From an uncultured Methyloceanibacter sp. (GTDB lineage Bacteria > Pseudomonadota > Alphaproteobacteria > Rhizobiales > Methyloligellaceae): DNA of 64,000 bases. The position numbers and the translations under genes are program-made. Position 1 is the stretch's first letter. Each line of letters opens with the position of its first letter. The notes under the pieces were generated by a model. That model did no database searches. It saw only the letters and a program-made list of their open reading frames with translations, and was not told the DNA's origin. Shown piece after piece: positions 50,059 to 59,714 of the stretch. Location: contig CAYMJW010000001.1 of the NCBI GenBank assembly GCA_964390455.1, positions 2,255 through 66,254 on the forward strand. The letters are read 5' to 3'.

Positions 50059-51627
50059 CTATTGAGAAACCCGATAGGAAACGGTCTTTCGCGCCTGGAG
50101 CGTGGTTAGAAACTGGAGAATCATCGAAACGTAGAGATTGGCATTGCCATCCCTGGCTTGCGCGACCATGGGCCTAAGCTCCGGGAGTTGCCGCAGGATC
50201 GAATCGGACTGACGTTCCGATATCCAATCCGTCAGGTCTCCGATGTCGGGCACGCGAAACTGTCTCAACAGCGTCTGCGCGATCGGCCACCGCGCCGCTA
50301 TCCCGAACTGCCGCCCGAGCGTTCGCTCCGAGGAACTCACAAAGGGGAGGCCCACCAAGCGAGGCTTGAGCCTGCCAATCGCCCAATCGAGGAATGCCTC
50401 GTTGCGCTTCTCAGCGATAGGCAGAGCCGCAAAGCGGTCGCGCACGCTCTGGTCGGCCAAGAGGAGCGGCATTCCATTCTCGATGAGAAATGTCGAGCGC
50501 GTCGCCACCTTGCCCACGGACTTGTAGTGGAAGTGATAGCCGATATCGGTGATGACATCCGGTCTGTCGGTTTTCGCTCTGATCTTGCCCTCGAGCGCGG
50601 TCAAGGTGTCGCGGCGCCGCTCGCGCTCGATGTCGATCGAACGCTGCAACTCGGGAAACGTCTTGCCGAGTTTTACCAGCGCGTCGTTCTCCGTCTTCCG
50701 CCAATAGTCGAAGACGTGTTCAGACTTGTCGTAGAGCCGGCCGCGCAAGGTCCCCGTTATCAGCAACTGCTTCGGAAGCTCAGGGCAAAGCCGCTCCATC
50801 TCGGCGTAAACGCCGGCCGAAGGGATGGCGCCGGCGGAAAAATATCCGTCCCAGCGCGTGGTGTAGCCTCGGTCGTGCAGCAGCGCCCAACCGTTGCGGG
50901 CGGCTTCCGCGACCGGGATCGCGTGAAAGTCCGCGCCACAGGCGCCTGCGACGCGGCGCGCGAGCCGCCGCTCGCGACCCATGCGCTCAAAATGGAAGCA
51001 ATGAACGGTCTTGTTCAGATGCGTCAAGAGAGCGAGCTCGAAGCGCGAGTCGTAACCCCCCGAAAGCGCCAAGCAGACCCGGTCGCTGCCGGAAAAGGCG
51101 GCGCGATATCTCTCGATCAGGAACTCAAGGAACTCGTCCCTGGAGTTCGGCGTCTCATGGAAGACGACGTCCTTCCATACGCAACGGACGTCCCCGGCGG
51201 CATCGAGGCTAACCTCGTACAAGGACGCCGGGAGCAGCAACGAAATGTCCTCGAGCAGATGCGCGGCGACCGACTTGATCGCCGAGGGGCTCTTCACCGC
51301 GGCAACGACCTCAACGGCCCTGATCGCCAACGTCTCCCCGGCGATCGCAAGTTCGGCGATATCATTCGAAATCCAGACTTCGCCGAGGCGGTTCCGGACA
51401 TAGAGAGGGACCGTATTCCGGCACATCGTGCGAATGACGAAGCCCGATTCGGTGCGCCATCCGATGACATGGCGCTGGCCGGCAAAGTTGAGCACGAGCT
51501 CGTCTCCGACGACCGCAGCCTTACCGCTCGCTTCGAGCACGAGATTGCCGGTTTCGCCCTTACGGAAGCGAAGCTTGAACACGTTGTCCGCCGCGGGATG
51601 AACCCTCTCCATGCCCACGCCCGTCAT
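50059..51627 (-). CDS. Divergent asparagine-synthetase-like (PP-loop) protein
   Basis: LALSGGYDSR PP-loop; no N-terminal Cys nucleophile. Confidence 0.55.
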   Translation of the reverse strand: MTGVGMERVHPAADNVFKLRFRKGETGNLVLEASGKAAVVGDELVLNFAGQRHVIGWRTESGFVIRTMCRNTVPLYVRNRLGEVWISNDIAELAIAGETLAIRAVEVVAAVKSPSAIKSVAAHLLEDISLLLPASLYEVSLDAAGDVRCVWKDVVFHETPNSRDEFLEFLIERYRAAFSGSDRVCLALSGGYDSRFELALLTHLNKTVHCFHFERMGRERRLARRVAGACGADFHAIPVAEAARNGWALLHDRGYTTRWDGYFSAGAIPSAGVYAEMERLCPELPKQLLITGTLRGRLYDKSEHVFDYWRKTENDALVKLGKTFPELQRSIDIERERRRDTLTALEGKIRAKTDRPDVITDIGYHFHYKSVGKVATRSTFLIENGMPLLLADQSVRDRFAALPIAEKRNEAFLDWAIGRLKPRLVGLPFVSSSERTLGRQFGIAARWPIAQTLLRQFRVPDIGDLTDWISERQSDSILRQLPELRPMVAQARDGNANLYVSMILQFLTTLQARKTVSYRVSQ

Positions 51628-52673
51628 TTGGGCGCCGGCGCCGGCGGGACCGGTAAGGCACTGAGCCGCCTCGCCTCTTCGTAGATCGGCACAGCCTCCT
51701 GTTCGAGCCGGGCGATCTCCTCAGCCGACAGGACATCTTCGCGCGCCACCTTGCCGCCGCGGAACGACGTGTTCGGCCCGATTGGGTGTCCGTTGAAGGT
51801 CGTCTTGGCGGCAATATCGGAATATTCCAAACCGAAACGTTCGCACAGTCTTGCCATCTGCGCGCCCGGCTCGGCCACGAGCGCGTCGTAGTCGAGCAAA
51901 AGACATCGGCCGGGATATCGGCGCAGATTGACCGGGAAGGTGGCCGCTTGTTGCCGGTAGATTTCGATCGCGCCCTCGACGCTGCGCTCCTTCGCGGGGG
52001 TCGCCAAAGGTGCCTTTCGCGGCTTCGCCTTTACCGATCGATACCAGGAGACCGGCTCGCGAACGATCTGGAGCAGGTAGCCGTCGGGATAATAGCGGAA
52101 GAAGCGCTCGACATTCTGCGGCAGGAGAGCCACGAACGAGCCAAAGCCCGAGATGTAGCGGGGCGCCAGCGCCGGCGGCTTTCGATCCTGCCAGGCGGAG
52201 AAGAACGCCGTGAAAAAAATGCCGGCAACGTCGCGTCCCACACGTGGCGGATGCTCGCTCCAGAGACGGTCGAACAGGTAGGTGAACAGTCCGAGGTCGA
52301 AGCGAAACGGCAAGGGCGTGCCGGACGCCTTGTCATAGCTGCCGCGCGCGGCATCTCCGAACACACCGTTCACGCGCGTGAATGCTCGGCAGACTTCCTC
52401 CGCCGGCCTGTCGCACCATTCGTCGAGACACAAGAGCTCGTCCTTGGCCACCCCAAATTTCAACTCTTTGGGGAAGGCCAGGACCCCCGGGACGCCGTCA
52501 AAGAACTGACTGAGCATCGTCCCGCCCGAGCGCCAGAGCTGGGAGATGTAGATCACGGGAAGGCGCCCGTTGACCAGGCCGCCGCGCTCATAGGCCTTCG
52601 CGTAGCGGAATTGCCTGATCGGCTGGATCACCTTGCCGCCGAGCGCTCTGATCGTTCGAAGCGTGGAGTTCAT
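51624..52673 (-). CDS. Sulfotransferase-family protein
   Basis: WRSGGTML, VREPVSWYRS, DYDALVAEP. Confidence 0.75.
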   Translation of the reverse strand: MNSTLRTIRALGGKVIQPIRQFRYAKAYERGGLVNGRLPVIYISQLWRSGGTMLSQFFDGVPGVLAFPKELKFGVAKDELLCLDEWCDRPAEEVCRAFTRVNGVFGDAARGSYDKASGTPLPFRFDLGLFTYLFDRLWSEHPPRVGRDVAGIFFTAFFSAWQDRKPPALAPRYISGFGSFVALLPQNVERFFRYYPDGYLLQIVREPVSWYRSVKAKPRKAPLATPAKERSVEGAIEIYRQQAATFPVNLRRYPGRCLLLDYDALVAEPGAQMARLCERFGLEYSDIAAKTTFNGHPIGPNTSFRGGKVAREDVLSAEEIARLEQEAVPIYEEARRLSALPVPPAPAPK

Positions 52674-52691
52674 GACCTCGCGGAAGCCGCC

Positions 52692-53858
52692 CTAGTTCAG
52701 ATAGTTGAGGGTCTTGTCGAGCGTGAGCGGGGCCGTCGCCAGAATATCGGCGATCCGCGCTCCGGCGCGGCCATCGCCAAACATGTGAGAGCGGGCATGG
52801 CGGCCATTGGCGATCTGCCGCTCGATGGCCTCGTGAATGGCATCGGCGTCATGCGGAACGTCGATCACGTTCTGCGCCCGCTCGCGATCGCGCTGGCGGC
52901 TGCCGATATTGACGCACGGCGTGCCGAGAAACGCGCCTTCGCGCAAGCCTGAGGATGAATTCCCGACAATGCAGGCCGCATTGTTGAGGAGCCGCGCGTA
53001 ATCCTCGACGGCGAAATTGCGGATCAGGACGAGATAGTTGGGATTGCGCGTCTCGCGGAACACGCGCAACCCCTTGGCCACATCGTCGGAGCCGGCATCG
53101 GCGTTGGGCCATAACCACACGACCTGCATGCCGTTTCGTCCGATCCGATCCACCGCCTCGATCGTCGCGTTGATCTGGGCGAGGCCGTCACCGTACTCGG
53201 TGGTCACGGGATGCTGCAGCACGATCATGTAACGCTTGGTGGGATCGATGCGGGCGCCGACGCCCCGGTAGCGCTGGAACAAATCCTCAGGCAGCGCGAG
53301 GTCGACATCGACCAGGAGGTCGATCGAGGGGCATCCGGTCAAGTGCACGGCATCGGGCTGCTCGCCCATGCGGATGAGGAAATCCCGCGCCCGTTCCGTG
53401 GCCGGAAAGTGAATATGGGCGAGCTTGGTGATGGCGTGGCGCACGTTCTCGTCGATCGAGCCGGTTACCTCGCCGCCTTGCGTGTGGGCGACCGGAATGT
53501 TCATGTAGCTCGCGGCGATGGCCGTCGCGATGGTCTCGAAGCGGTCCGCGACGGTCAGAACGACGTCGGGCTTCAGGGATTGAAAATGCGTCGCGAGCTC
53601 GATCGTGCCGAGGCCGACCGATTTCGCCATGGTCACGGGCGTCTCGCCCTCGACGATCGAATGAACGACCGCGTCGGGTTCGAAGCCGTCCCGCTTCATG
53701 ATTTCGATTGCCGCGCCAAAACGGTACAGCAGCGCCGAGGCGCCGACGATGAGTTGAAGCTGCAAGGCTTCGTGGTTGCGCGCGGCGCGCAGGAAGCTCT
53801 TGATGCGCCCGTAATTCGCCCGGCTGTTGACGACAACGCAGACTTTACGCCGGCTCAC
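52692..53858 (-). CDS. neuC: Hydrolysing UDP-GlcNAc(-type) 2-epimerase
   Basis: SRANY, ADRFE, GGEVTGSIDE, QHPVTTE, GNSSSG. Confidence 0.92.
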   Translation of the reverse strand: MSRRKVCVVVNSRANYGRIKSFLRAARNHEALQLQLIVGASALLYRFGAAIEIMKRDGFEPDAVVHSIVEGETPVTMAKSVGLGTIELATHFQSLKPDVVLTVADRFETIATAIAASYMNIPVAHTQGGEVTGSIDENVRHAITKLAHIHFPATERARDFLIRMGEQPDAVHLTGCPSIDLLVDVDLALPEDLFQRYRGVGARIDPTKRYMIVLQHPVTTEYGDGLAQINATIEAVDRIGRNGMQVVWLWPNADAGSDDVAKGLRVFRETRNPNYLVLIRNFAVEDYARLLNNAACIVGNSSSGLREGAFLGTPCVNIGSRQRDRERAQNVIDVPHDADAIHEAIERQIANGRHARSHMFGDGRAGARIADILATAPLTLDKTLNYLN

Positions 53859-53905
53859 GGACTCTCCTCCAAATCGCGATCATGCAAAGCTATCATAGCG
53901 CCGGA

Positions 53906-55000
53906 CTACGCGCCTTGGTCCTCGATGTCGCTCCAGCGCAGGATATGATCGGGAGAGATATCGCGCGCCAAGCGCCGCCCCGCAACCTGTCCGAGCGCTT
54001 CCGGCGGGATGCCGCCGCCGGGCTTCTTCGGCGCCAGCATCGAAGGCGCGAGCACCGTGCCCGCGGCGAGAAATCGCACCGGGGCAAGGCTTCGCCCGAA
54101 AATAGACCGCATCGGCGCGAGCCGCGCGGCCATCGCATCCTTGTCGACCGGATGGGCGTCCATCACCGCCGCGGCATTGCGCATGCCGCACAGCATGCGC
54201 AACTCATCGAAGGTGAGAGACGCGCGCACATCGGGGCCGAACATCTTACGATCGAAGACGACATGGACCTCGACAATGTCCGCGCCCCGCGCCAAGGCCG
54301 CGAGACCCGGGAAGACGCTGCCGCTATGGTCCGACAGGCCGACCGGACAGTGATATCGCTGCTTGAGCTCGGCGATGACGTTGAGACCGATCTCCTCCAG
54401 CGGCGAGGGATAGGCGCTCGTGCATTGCAGCAGGGCATAGGGCACGGAGCTCGCGCGGAACAGGCTCACGGCCTTGTCGATTTCGGCGTGAGCAGCCATG
54501 CCGGTGCTGAACAGGATCGGCAGGCCCGTCGCCGCCATCGCGTGCCAAAGATCGGATGAGCCGAATTCGCCTGACCCGATCTTCCAGGCCGGAACCCCGA
54601 TGTCTTTCAGAAGATCGATGGCGGCCAGCGAAAACGCCGAACTTAAAAAGATGATCCCGCGTTCGTTTGCGTGCGCAGCGAGTTCGCGCCATTGATCGGG
54701 CGCGAACTCCATCCGCCGCCAGTAGTCGAACCGTGTGCGATCCTGCGCCGAGAACCGCACGCGAAAGGGCTCATCGAGCGTCGACTCTTCCGCGGCGAGA
54801 TGGGTCTGAAACTTCACGGCGTCCGCGCCCGCGTCGGCCGCCGCATCGATAAAGGCATGCGCCATGCCGAGCGAGCCGTCATGGGCTTGGGCGACTTCGG
54901 CGACGATGAACGCCGGTTGATTGGCGCCGACGTCTCGCCCGGCGATCTTGAATCGCGTCAGCGCCGAGGCTCCAGAGGTCATAATCCCGCGATGCTCCAT
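53906..55000 (-). CDS. neuB: N-acetylneuraminate/nonulosonate synthase
   Basis: AEVAQAHDG, VKFQ, KIGSGE, CTSAYP, GLSDHS, C-terminal SAF-like KKPGGGI. Confidence 0.92.
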   Translation of the reverse strand: MEHRGIMTSGASALTRFKIAGRDVGANQPAFIVAEVAQAHDGSLGMAHAFIDAAADAGADAVKFQTHLAAEESTLDEPFRVRFSAQDRTRFDYWRRMEFAPDQWRELAAHANERGIIFLSSAFSLAAIDLLKDIGVPAWKIGSGEFGSSDLWHAMAATGLPILFSTGMAAHAEIDKAVSLFRASSVPYALLQCTSAYPSPLEEIGLNVIAELKQRYHCPVGLSDHSGSVFPGLAALARGADIVEVHVVFDRKMFGPDVRASLTFDELRMLCGMRNAAAVMDAHPVDKDAMAARLAPMRSIFGRSLAPVRFLAAGTVLAPSMLAPKKPGGGIPPEALGQVAGRRLARDISPDHILRWSDIEDQGA

Positions 55001-55003
55001 GGC

Positions 55004-56368
55004 CTAGTGCAGGCCCCAGAGCCTGTCGCCGAGCCGGGTGATCTTCGGCACCCGAGACAAGATCCCGGCATCGGTCCAGACCGCCAAAGGCGCCCTGATC
55101 TCGTCCTCGGCAACAGCGGGGAATTTCTGCTGCTTCTTGCTGCCGGCGCTCGACCCATTCGCTAGACGCGCTTGGAGGCTACGCAGCGGTGTGGCCAACC
55201 GGCTCAGAGCGGACCGGGGCGCCCTGAGCTCGGCCATGCTCGCCGTCGGCGCGTCGAGCCGATCGAGCTCGTCCATGATCCTGTCAGCCGCAAGCGGCGG
55301 GTCGATATTGGCGAGATAGGAGCGGAGCGTGGCACGTTGCGAGGCAAAGCCGTGGCGCAAATCCTCCGATGCGAGGTTGGTGAAGCGCTCGAGCCCGTCG
55401 ATCAGCTCGGCCGCGCTCGAAACCCAAAGACTGACGCGGTCGGTCGGATTGACGAAGGCGCTGTCGGGCTCGGGGACGTAGGAAAAAACCGGCCGATCCA
55501 GCAACAAGGCCTCGACGCCCGTGGTACAGCCGGGGTGAAGCACCGCGTCCGAGGCGAGGATCCACTCGATCGCGCTCCCTTCGTAGCGAACGTCGATCTT
55601 GGTCCCTTTGGCCCAGTCCCGCCAGACATCGTGATTTTCGACCGGGTGCGGCCGCAACACGATCTTCGGCGCCGCGCCCGAGGCGCTTAGCTCTTCGAGC
55701 AACGCTTGCAGGCCCTGCATCTGCCGGCGCTTGAATTCGATCTGGCGGCGAATGAAAGCGGCGTCGCTTCCCTCCTTGATCGTGCCCCGCGCGATCAGAT
55801 TGTCGGCGGCATTCTCGCCGATGCGGTGCGGATTGGCCCTGCCGAAAGCGGTGTTGACCAGCAGGAACGGGCCGAACTTGCGGCGGATCGCGGCGGCCTT
55901 CGCCTCGTACACGCAGCGAAGGCGGGGGGTCAAAACGTCGAAACGCGGATTTCCCGTGATGGCGACCTTGTCGCGAGATTCGGGGAAGTAGTCCCGGAGG
56001 TCGGATGCGTTCCGCTCGCCGGGAAGCAGCAAACGGTCCGTCCATTGAAACGCGTCCGTTCCCATCTTGCGGGCGCAATAGTCGCGTCCGTCGGTATAGA
56101 GGATCCCCTCCTCGCAGAGATTGACGATGCGGTTGCCGGCGCGGTGAAGCTCCTCGAGGCGGGACGCTTTCTTGTTGGGGATGCTGATCTCGACATAGAT
56201 GCCCGGCGGATGCTCCCGCATGAAGCCGCGCGTCGTGCCCTTGTCGCCCATCACCACGATCCAGCCGCGCTCGACCGCGCGGGCGGCGAGAAAGCCCTTG
56301 CCCAAGAGCTCGCGCGCTTGCGTCTCGATCGGCAGATAGAGGAGTCGCTTTTGCTTGGTTTGGGCCAT
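55004..56368 (-). CDS. Surface carbohydrate biosynthesis protein (GT-B-like)
   Basis: PIETQAREL, EEG, TGNPRFD, RPHPVE, CTTGVEA; resembles an uncharacterised family found beside neu genes. Confidence 0.72.
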   Translation of the reverse strand: MAQTKQKRLLYLPIETQARELLGKGFLAARAVERGWIVVMGDKGTTRGFMREHPPGIYVEISIPNKKASRLEELHRAGNRIVNLCEEGILYTDGRDYCARKMGTDAFQWTDRLLLPGERNASDLRDYFPESRDKVAITGNPRFDVLTPRLRCVYEAKAAAIRRKFGPFLLVNTAFGRANPHRIGENAADNLIARGTIKEGSDAAFIRRQIEFKRRQMQGLQALLEELSASGAAPKIVLRPHPVENHDVWRDWAKGTKIDVRYEGSAIEWILASDAVLHPGCTTGVEALLLDRPVFSYVPEPDSAFVNPTDRVSLWVSSAAELIDGLERFTNLASEDLRHGFASQRATLRSYLANIDPPLAADRIMDELDRLDAPTASMAELRAPRSALSRLATPLRSLQARLANGSSAGSKKQQKFPAVAEDEIRAPLAVWTDAGILSRVPKITRLGDRLWGLH

Positions 56369-56428
56369 GTCAACGAGGCGTCATGCGGGCGCCGATCAAA
56401 CTCTTTGCTGCTCGAAAGGCCTTCTCGT

Positions 56429-57451
56429 CTAAGCGGCCTTGCTTCCAGCGCTCTTGTCGATCTTCAACACGCCGTCGGAGGCGCGCATCACTTTTTCAAG
56501 CAATCTGAGGAGCGAATAGATCGCCGTGATGTTCGGCGTCTCGGTGTCCGTCATCCGCCCCAACTCGAGGATCGAACCGACGAGCGCCTCGGTCTCGAGC
56601 GTGCGCCCGGCTTCGACATCTTGCAGCATCGAGGTCTTGTGCGCGCCGACCTTCTCGGCGCCCTCGAGACGCTTCTCGATGGTATGCCGGAAGGTGATGC
56701 CGAGCTTCTCGGCGATGGTCTGGGCTTCGGCCATCATGCCGGCAGCAAGCCGCCGCGTTTCGGGAAACTGGCAGATCTCTTCCATGGTCGCGTGGCTCAG
56801 AGCGCTGATCGGGTTGAACGTCAGGCTGCCCCAGGCTTTGAGCCAAAGCTCGGATCGGATGTCGGGTATCACGCGAGACTTGAGGCCTGCTCGCGTCAGC
56901 GTCTCGCTGATGCGGGCGACGCGCTCCGTCTCGCTTCCGTCAAGCTCGCCGAGCGGGAACCGGTCGCCCTCGATATGCTCGATGACGCCCGGGGCGATGA
57001 TGGAAGCGGCGGGATAGGCCACGCAGCCCACGAGGCGCTCCGCCTCGATGGTTCTGGCAAGAACGCCGCTCGGGTCGAGCGTCCGGAGACTCCGGCCATC
57101 GAATTCACCGCCATGGCGCTGGAAGTACCACCAGGGAATCCCGTTCTGCACGGTCAGGACCGCGCTCGCGGGCCCGAGCAGCGGCGGAACATGGTGGCTT
57201 GCCGTCTCGAGGTCATAGGACTTCACCCCGAGGATGATGAGGTCCTGCTCGCCTGCGTCCTTCGCGTGCTCCAAGGCGCGAACCCTAGCGCTCAGGATCG
57301 TTCCGTCTTGCCAGCGAAGCTTGAGCCCATTGCTTCTGATCGCGGCAAGATGCGCGCCCCGATCGATGACGCTGACCTCCTCGCCCGCGGAGGCAAGCTT
57401 GACGGCCATCATGCCGCCGATCGCGCCGGCGCCGATCACGCAGACTTTCAT
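56429..57451 (-). CDS. Ketopantoate-reductase (PanE/ApbA)-family protein
   Basis: GAGAIGG, QNGIPWWYF, WLKAWG, HKTSMLQD. Confidence 0.88.
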   Translation of the reverse strand: MKVCVIGAGAIGGMMAVKLASAGEEVSVIDRGAHLAAIRSNGLKLRWQDGTILSARVRALEHAKDAGEQDLIILGVKSYDLETASHHVPPLLGPASAVLTVQNGIPWWYFQRHGGEFDGRSLRTLDPSGVLARTIEAERLVGCVAYPAASIIAPGVIEHIEGDRFPLGELDGSETERVARISETLTRAGLKSRVIPDIRSELWLKAWGSLTFNPISALSHATMEEICQFPETRRLAAGMMAEAQTIAEKLGITFRHTIEKRLEGAEKVGAHKTSMLQDVEAGRTLETEALVGSILELGRMTDTETPNITAIYSLLRLLEKVMRASDGVLKIDKSAGSKAA

Positions 57452-57643
57452 GTCCCTACCCCGAAGCGGCCAAAGGCCAAATTGGCGCCCATGAAGCGAG
57501 GCGCCACACGGAAAATAGCCCCCGGCCAAGGCCGTCAGCCACTTTCTTGACTATACCGGGCGCAGTGGACAGTGTCTCCCGCAAAGAGGCAACACCGGCC
57601 CGCCTGGGCCGCGGCGAGGGCCAGAAAAACTCAGGATTCTTCG

Positions 57644-58627
57644 ATGCACCCGCAAGACGCTACGACGATTCCGCGCGAGGACCGGCCGGCCGCTCAGGCG
57701 CCCATCGCGAGACCGTCGATCTCGGCCAAGGATATCTACGAGGTGCCGAGGCTTGGCTTTCAAGGCGCGCTCGCCTGGACCTTGCCCGAAGCGGCGTGGT
57801 GGCCACTGTCCCGCCTGTTTGGACGCGTGAACGTGCTCTTCCACCCAAAGCGAACCGCTGCCGAGGTGGCATCGATCGCGCCTGCTCTCTTGGGAACGCC
57901 CGCACAAGACAAGTGCAAGAGCGTCGTCATCGAGAACTGGGGGAACCGTTTCGAGGAGCGGTTTCACTACATGCGGGCGTGGCGCCCGGGCGGCTGGGAA
58001 CCCGTCATCGAGATTTCGGGCGCCGAGCACGTTGCCGATGCGCGCAAGCACGGACAAGGCATCATGTTCTGGGCCGGCAATTTCAGTTTCAAGGATCTCA
58101 TCGCCAAGATCGCTTGGCGCCGCTTGGGACTTGCCGTCAGTCATTTCAGCCGGCCGATCCACGGCTTCTCGACGACGGAGTTCGGCGTTCGCTATCTCAA
58201 CGCCGTGCGGCGGGGAATCGAGGACCGCTATCTCGGCGAACGCTTGATGGCCGAGGAGCACGAGACGCGCGCCGCGCTGAAGAAACTGAGCGATCAGCTG
58301 AAAGCCGGCGGAGCGGTCTCCTTCACGGTGGGCGACCAAGGGCGGCGCAAGGCGACGGCCAAATTTCTCGGCGGGCATTTGACGCTCGCGACGGGTCCGC
58401 TCGCCATGGCCCACGCCACGGGCGCGGCATTGCTTCCGGTTCACACCTTGCGCCTCGGCCCCGGCAGGTTCGAGGTGTTGATCGAGCCGCCGATCAAGCT
58501 CAACCCTGGCACTGACGGCGAGCCCGACTATGCGGCCGCCGTGCAGCGCTACGCCGACATGCTCGCTCCGATCGTGTTGCGAGACCCGGGCCAATGGCGG
58601 GGCTGGCGCTACACAAGCGCAAAATAG
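57644..58627 (+). CDS. Lysophospholipid/lipid-A-type acyltransferase-like protein
   Basis: ISGAEH, FLGG..TLATGP, DPGQW.GW layout; expected HxxxxD/E reads NFSFKD. Confidence 0.65.
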   Translation: MHPQDATTIPREDRPAAQAPIARPSISAKDIYEVPRLGFQGALAWTLPEAAWWPLSRLFGRVNVLFHPKRTAAEVASIAPALLGTPAQDKCKSVVIENWGNRFEERFHYMRAWRPGGWEPVIEISGAEHVADARKHGQGIMFWAGNFSFKDLIAKIAWRRLGLAVSHFSRPIHGFSTTEFGVRYLNAVRRGIEDRYLGERLMAEEHETRAALKKLSDQLKAGGAVSFTVGDQGRRKATAKFLGGHLTLATGPLAMAHATGAALLPVHTLRLGPGRFEVLIEPPIKLNPGTDGEPDYAAAVQRYADMLAPIVLRDPGQWRGWRYTSAK

Positions 58628-58636
58628 AGCGCCGGA

Positions 58637-59566
58637 CTATGGCGCGGAGTACGACGCCGTCCCATGCGGAAAGGCGTTACAATTGTGCCGCGGGAGCGCA
58701 AAGCGCCGCGTCAGCGCCAGCGGATCGACGATGTCCGAAGGGCTCACGGCAAAGGCGAGAGCGCAGCCTGAGGCTGCGACCGCCGCTTCGCTTTCCGGCG
58801 ACAGCGCCTCGGCAATCCCGTGGGGATAGCAATAGCCCCATTGCGAGCTTCCGCCGGCGGCCTCGATCACCTCGCAGGAGCGTACGATCTCCTGCCTCTG
58901 CGCGTCGCGATCGAGGAGCGCAGGCACGCTATGGGTATGGCTGTGCGGTCCAACGGCGAGCCCCGCATCGAGCAGGCTTCGTATCGCTTTCTCGTCGCAA
59001 TAGATGTCGCGCCAATGCGGCGGCCGCCCATCGAAGGCAATTTCGAGAAGCGCATCGAGGGCCGCGCTCTTGTCGCGGCTTGCGGGCAGCCAATTGAATA
59101 CATGCTTGACCAGTTTGGTCGCCCGGTCCGAATTCTGCGCCGCGTATTCGGCGGGCTCACGCGCGTCTTGCTCAGGCGGCAAGATGCCGGGCGCGTTCGC
59201 CTCCAGCCAGGAGAGAGCCGCCTTCCCGCCCAATCGTCCCAGCGCAAGGTGAACCTTGTGCACATCGAGGATCGCGCCCTCGGCCAGCGGCGACGAGCAC
59301 ATATAGAAGATGCCGAACAATCCGCGCTCGCTGAGCACCGGAAGGACGAACTCGGCATGGTCCTTGAGGCCATCGTCGAAGGTGAGCAGCACGCCGTCCG
59401 GAGCGTCGCCGCCCTCGAGCCATGAGACGAAGGCCTGGCGGGTGACAAAACCGCAGGTGCCGGCAAAATAATCGAGCTGACGCTGGAACGCCGCCAGGTC
59501 CAGATAAGGATGATGCGGCAACTCCGGCGCGGCCGGCCGCACATAGTGATACATGACCGGTTTCAA
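58637..59566 (-). CDS. Polysaccharide deacetylase (NodB/CE4)
   Basis: MYHYVR, LTFDDG, HSHTH, YPHG. Confidence 0.88.
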   Translation of the reverse strand: MKPVMYHYVRPAAPELPHHPYLDLAAFQRQLDYFAGTCGFVTRQAFVSWLEGGDAPDGVLLTFDDGLKDHAEFVLPVLSERGLFGIFYMCSSPLAEGAILDVHKVHLALGRLGGKAALSWLEANAPGILPPEQDAREPAEYAAQNSDRATKLVKHVFNWLPASRDKSAALDALLEIAFDGRPPHWRDIYCDEKAIRSLLDAGLAVGPHSHTHSVPALLDRDAQRQEIVRSCEVIEAAGGSSQWGYCYPHGIAEALSPESEAAVAASGCALAFAVSPSDIVDPLALTRRFALPRHNCNAFPHGTASYSAP

Positions 59567-59714
59567 GCGGCGATCCTCGACTTGACTGGCGTCGTTCTCA
59601 CATGGTCAACGCCGATGGGCGAGCGTCAAGCGCGATCTTGGGGCAGGGACGCCCAGCCTGGCTTCCCCGCTGCGGCCGGGTAGAATATGACGTTTGCCAA
59701 GCGAGGGCTCATCC

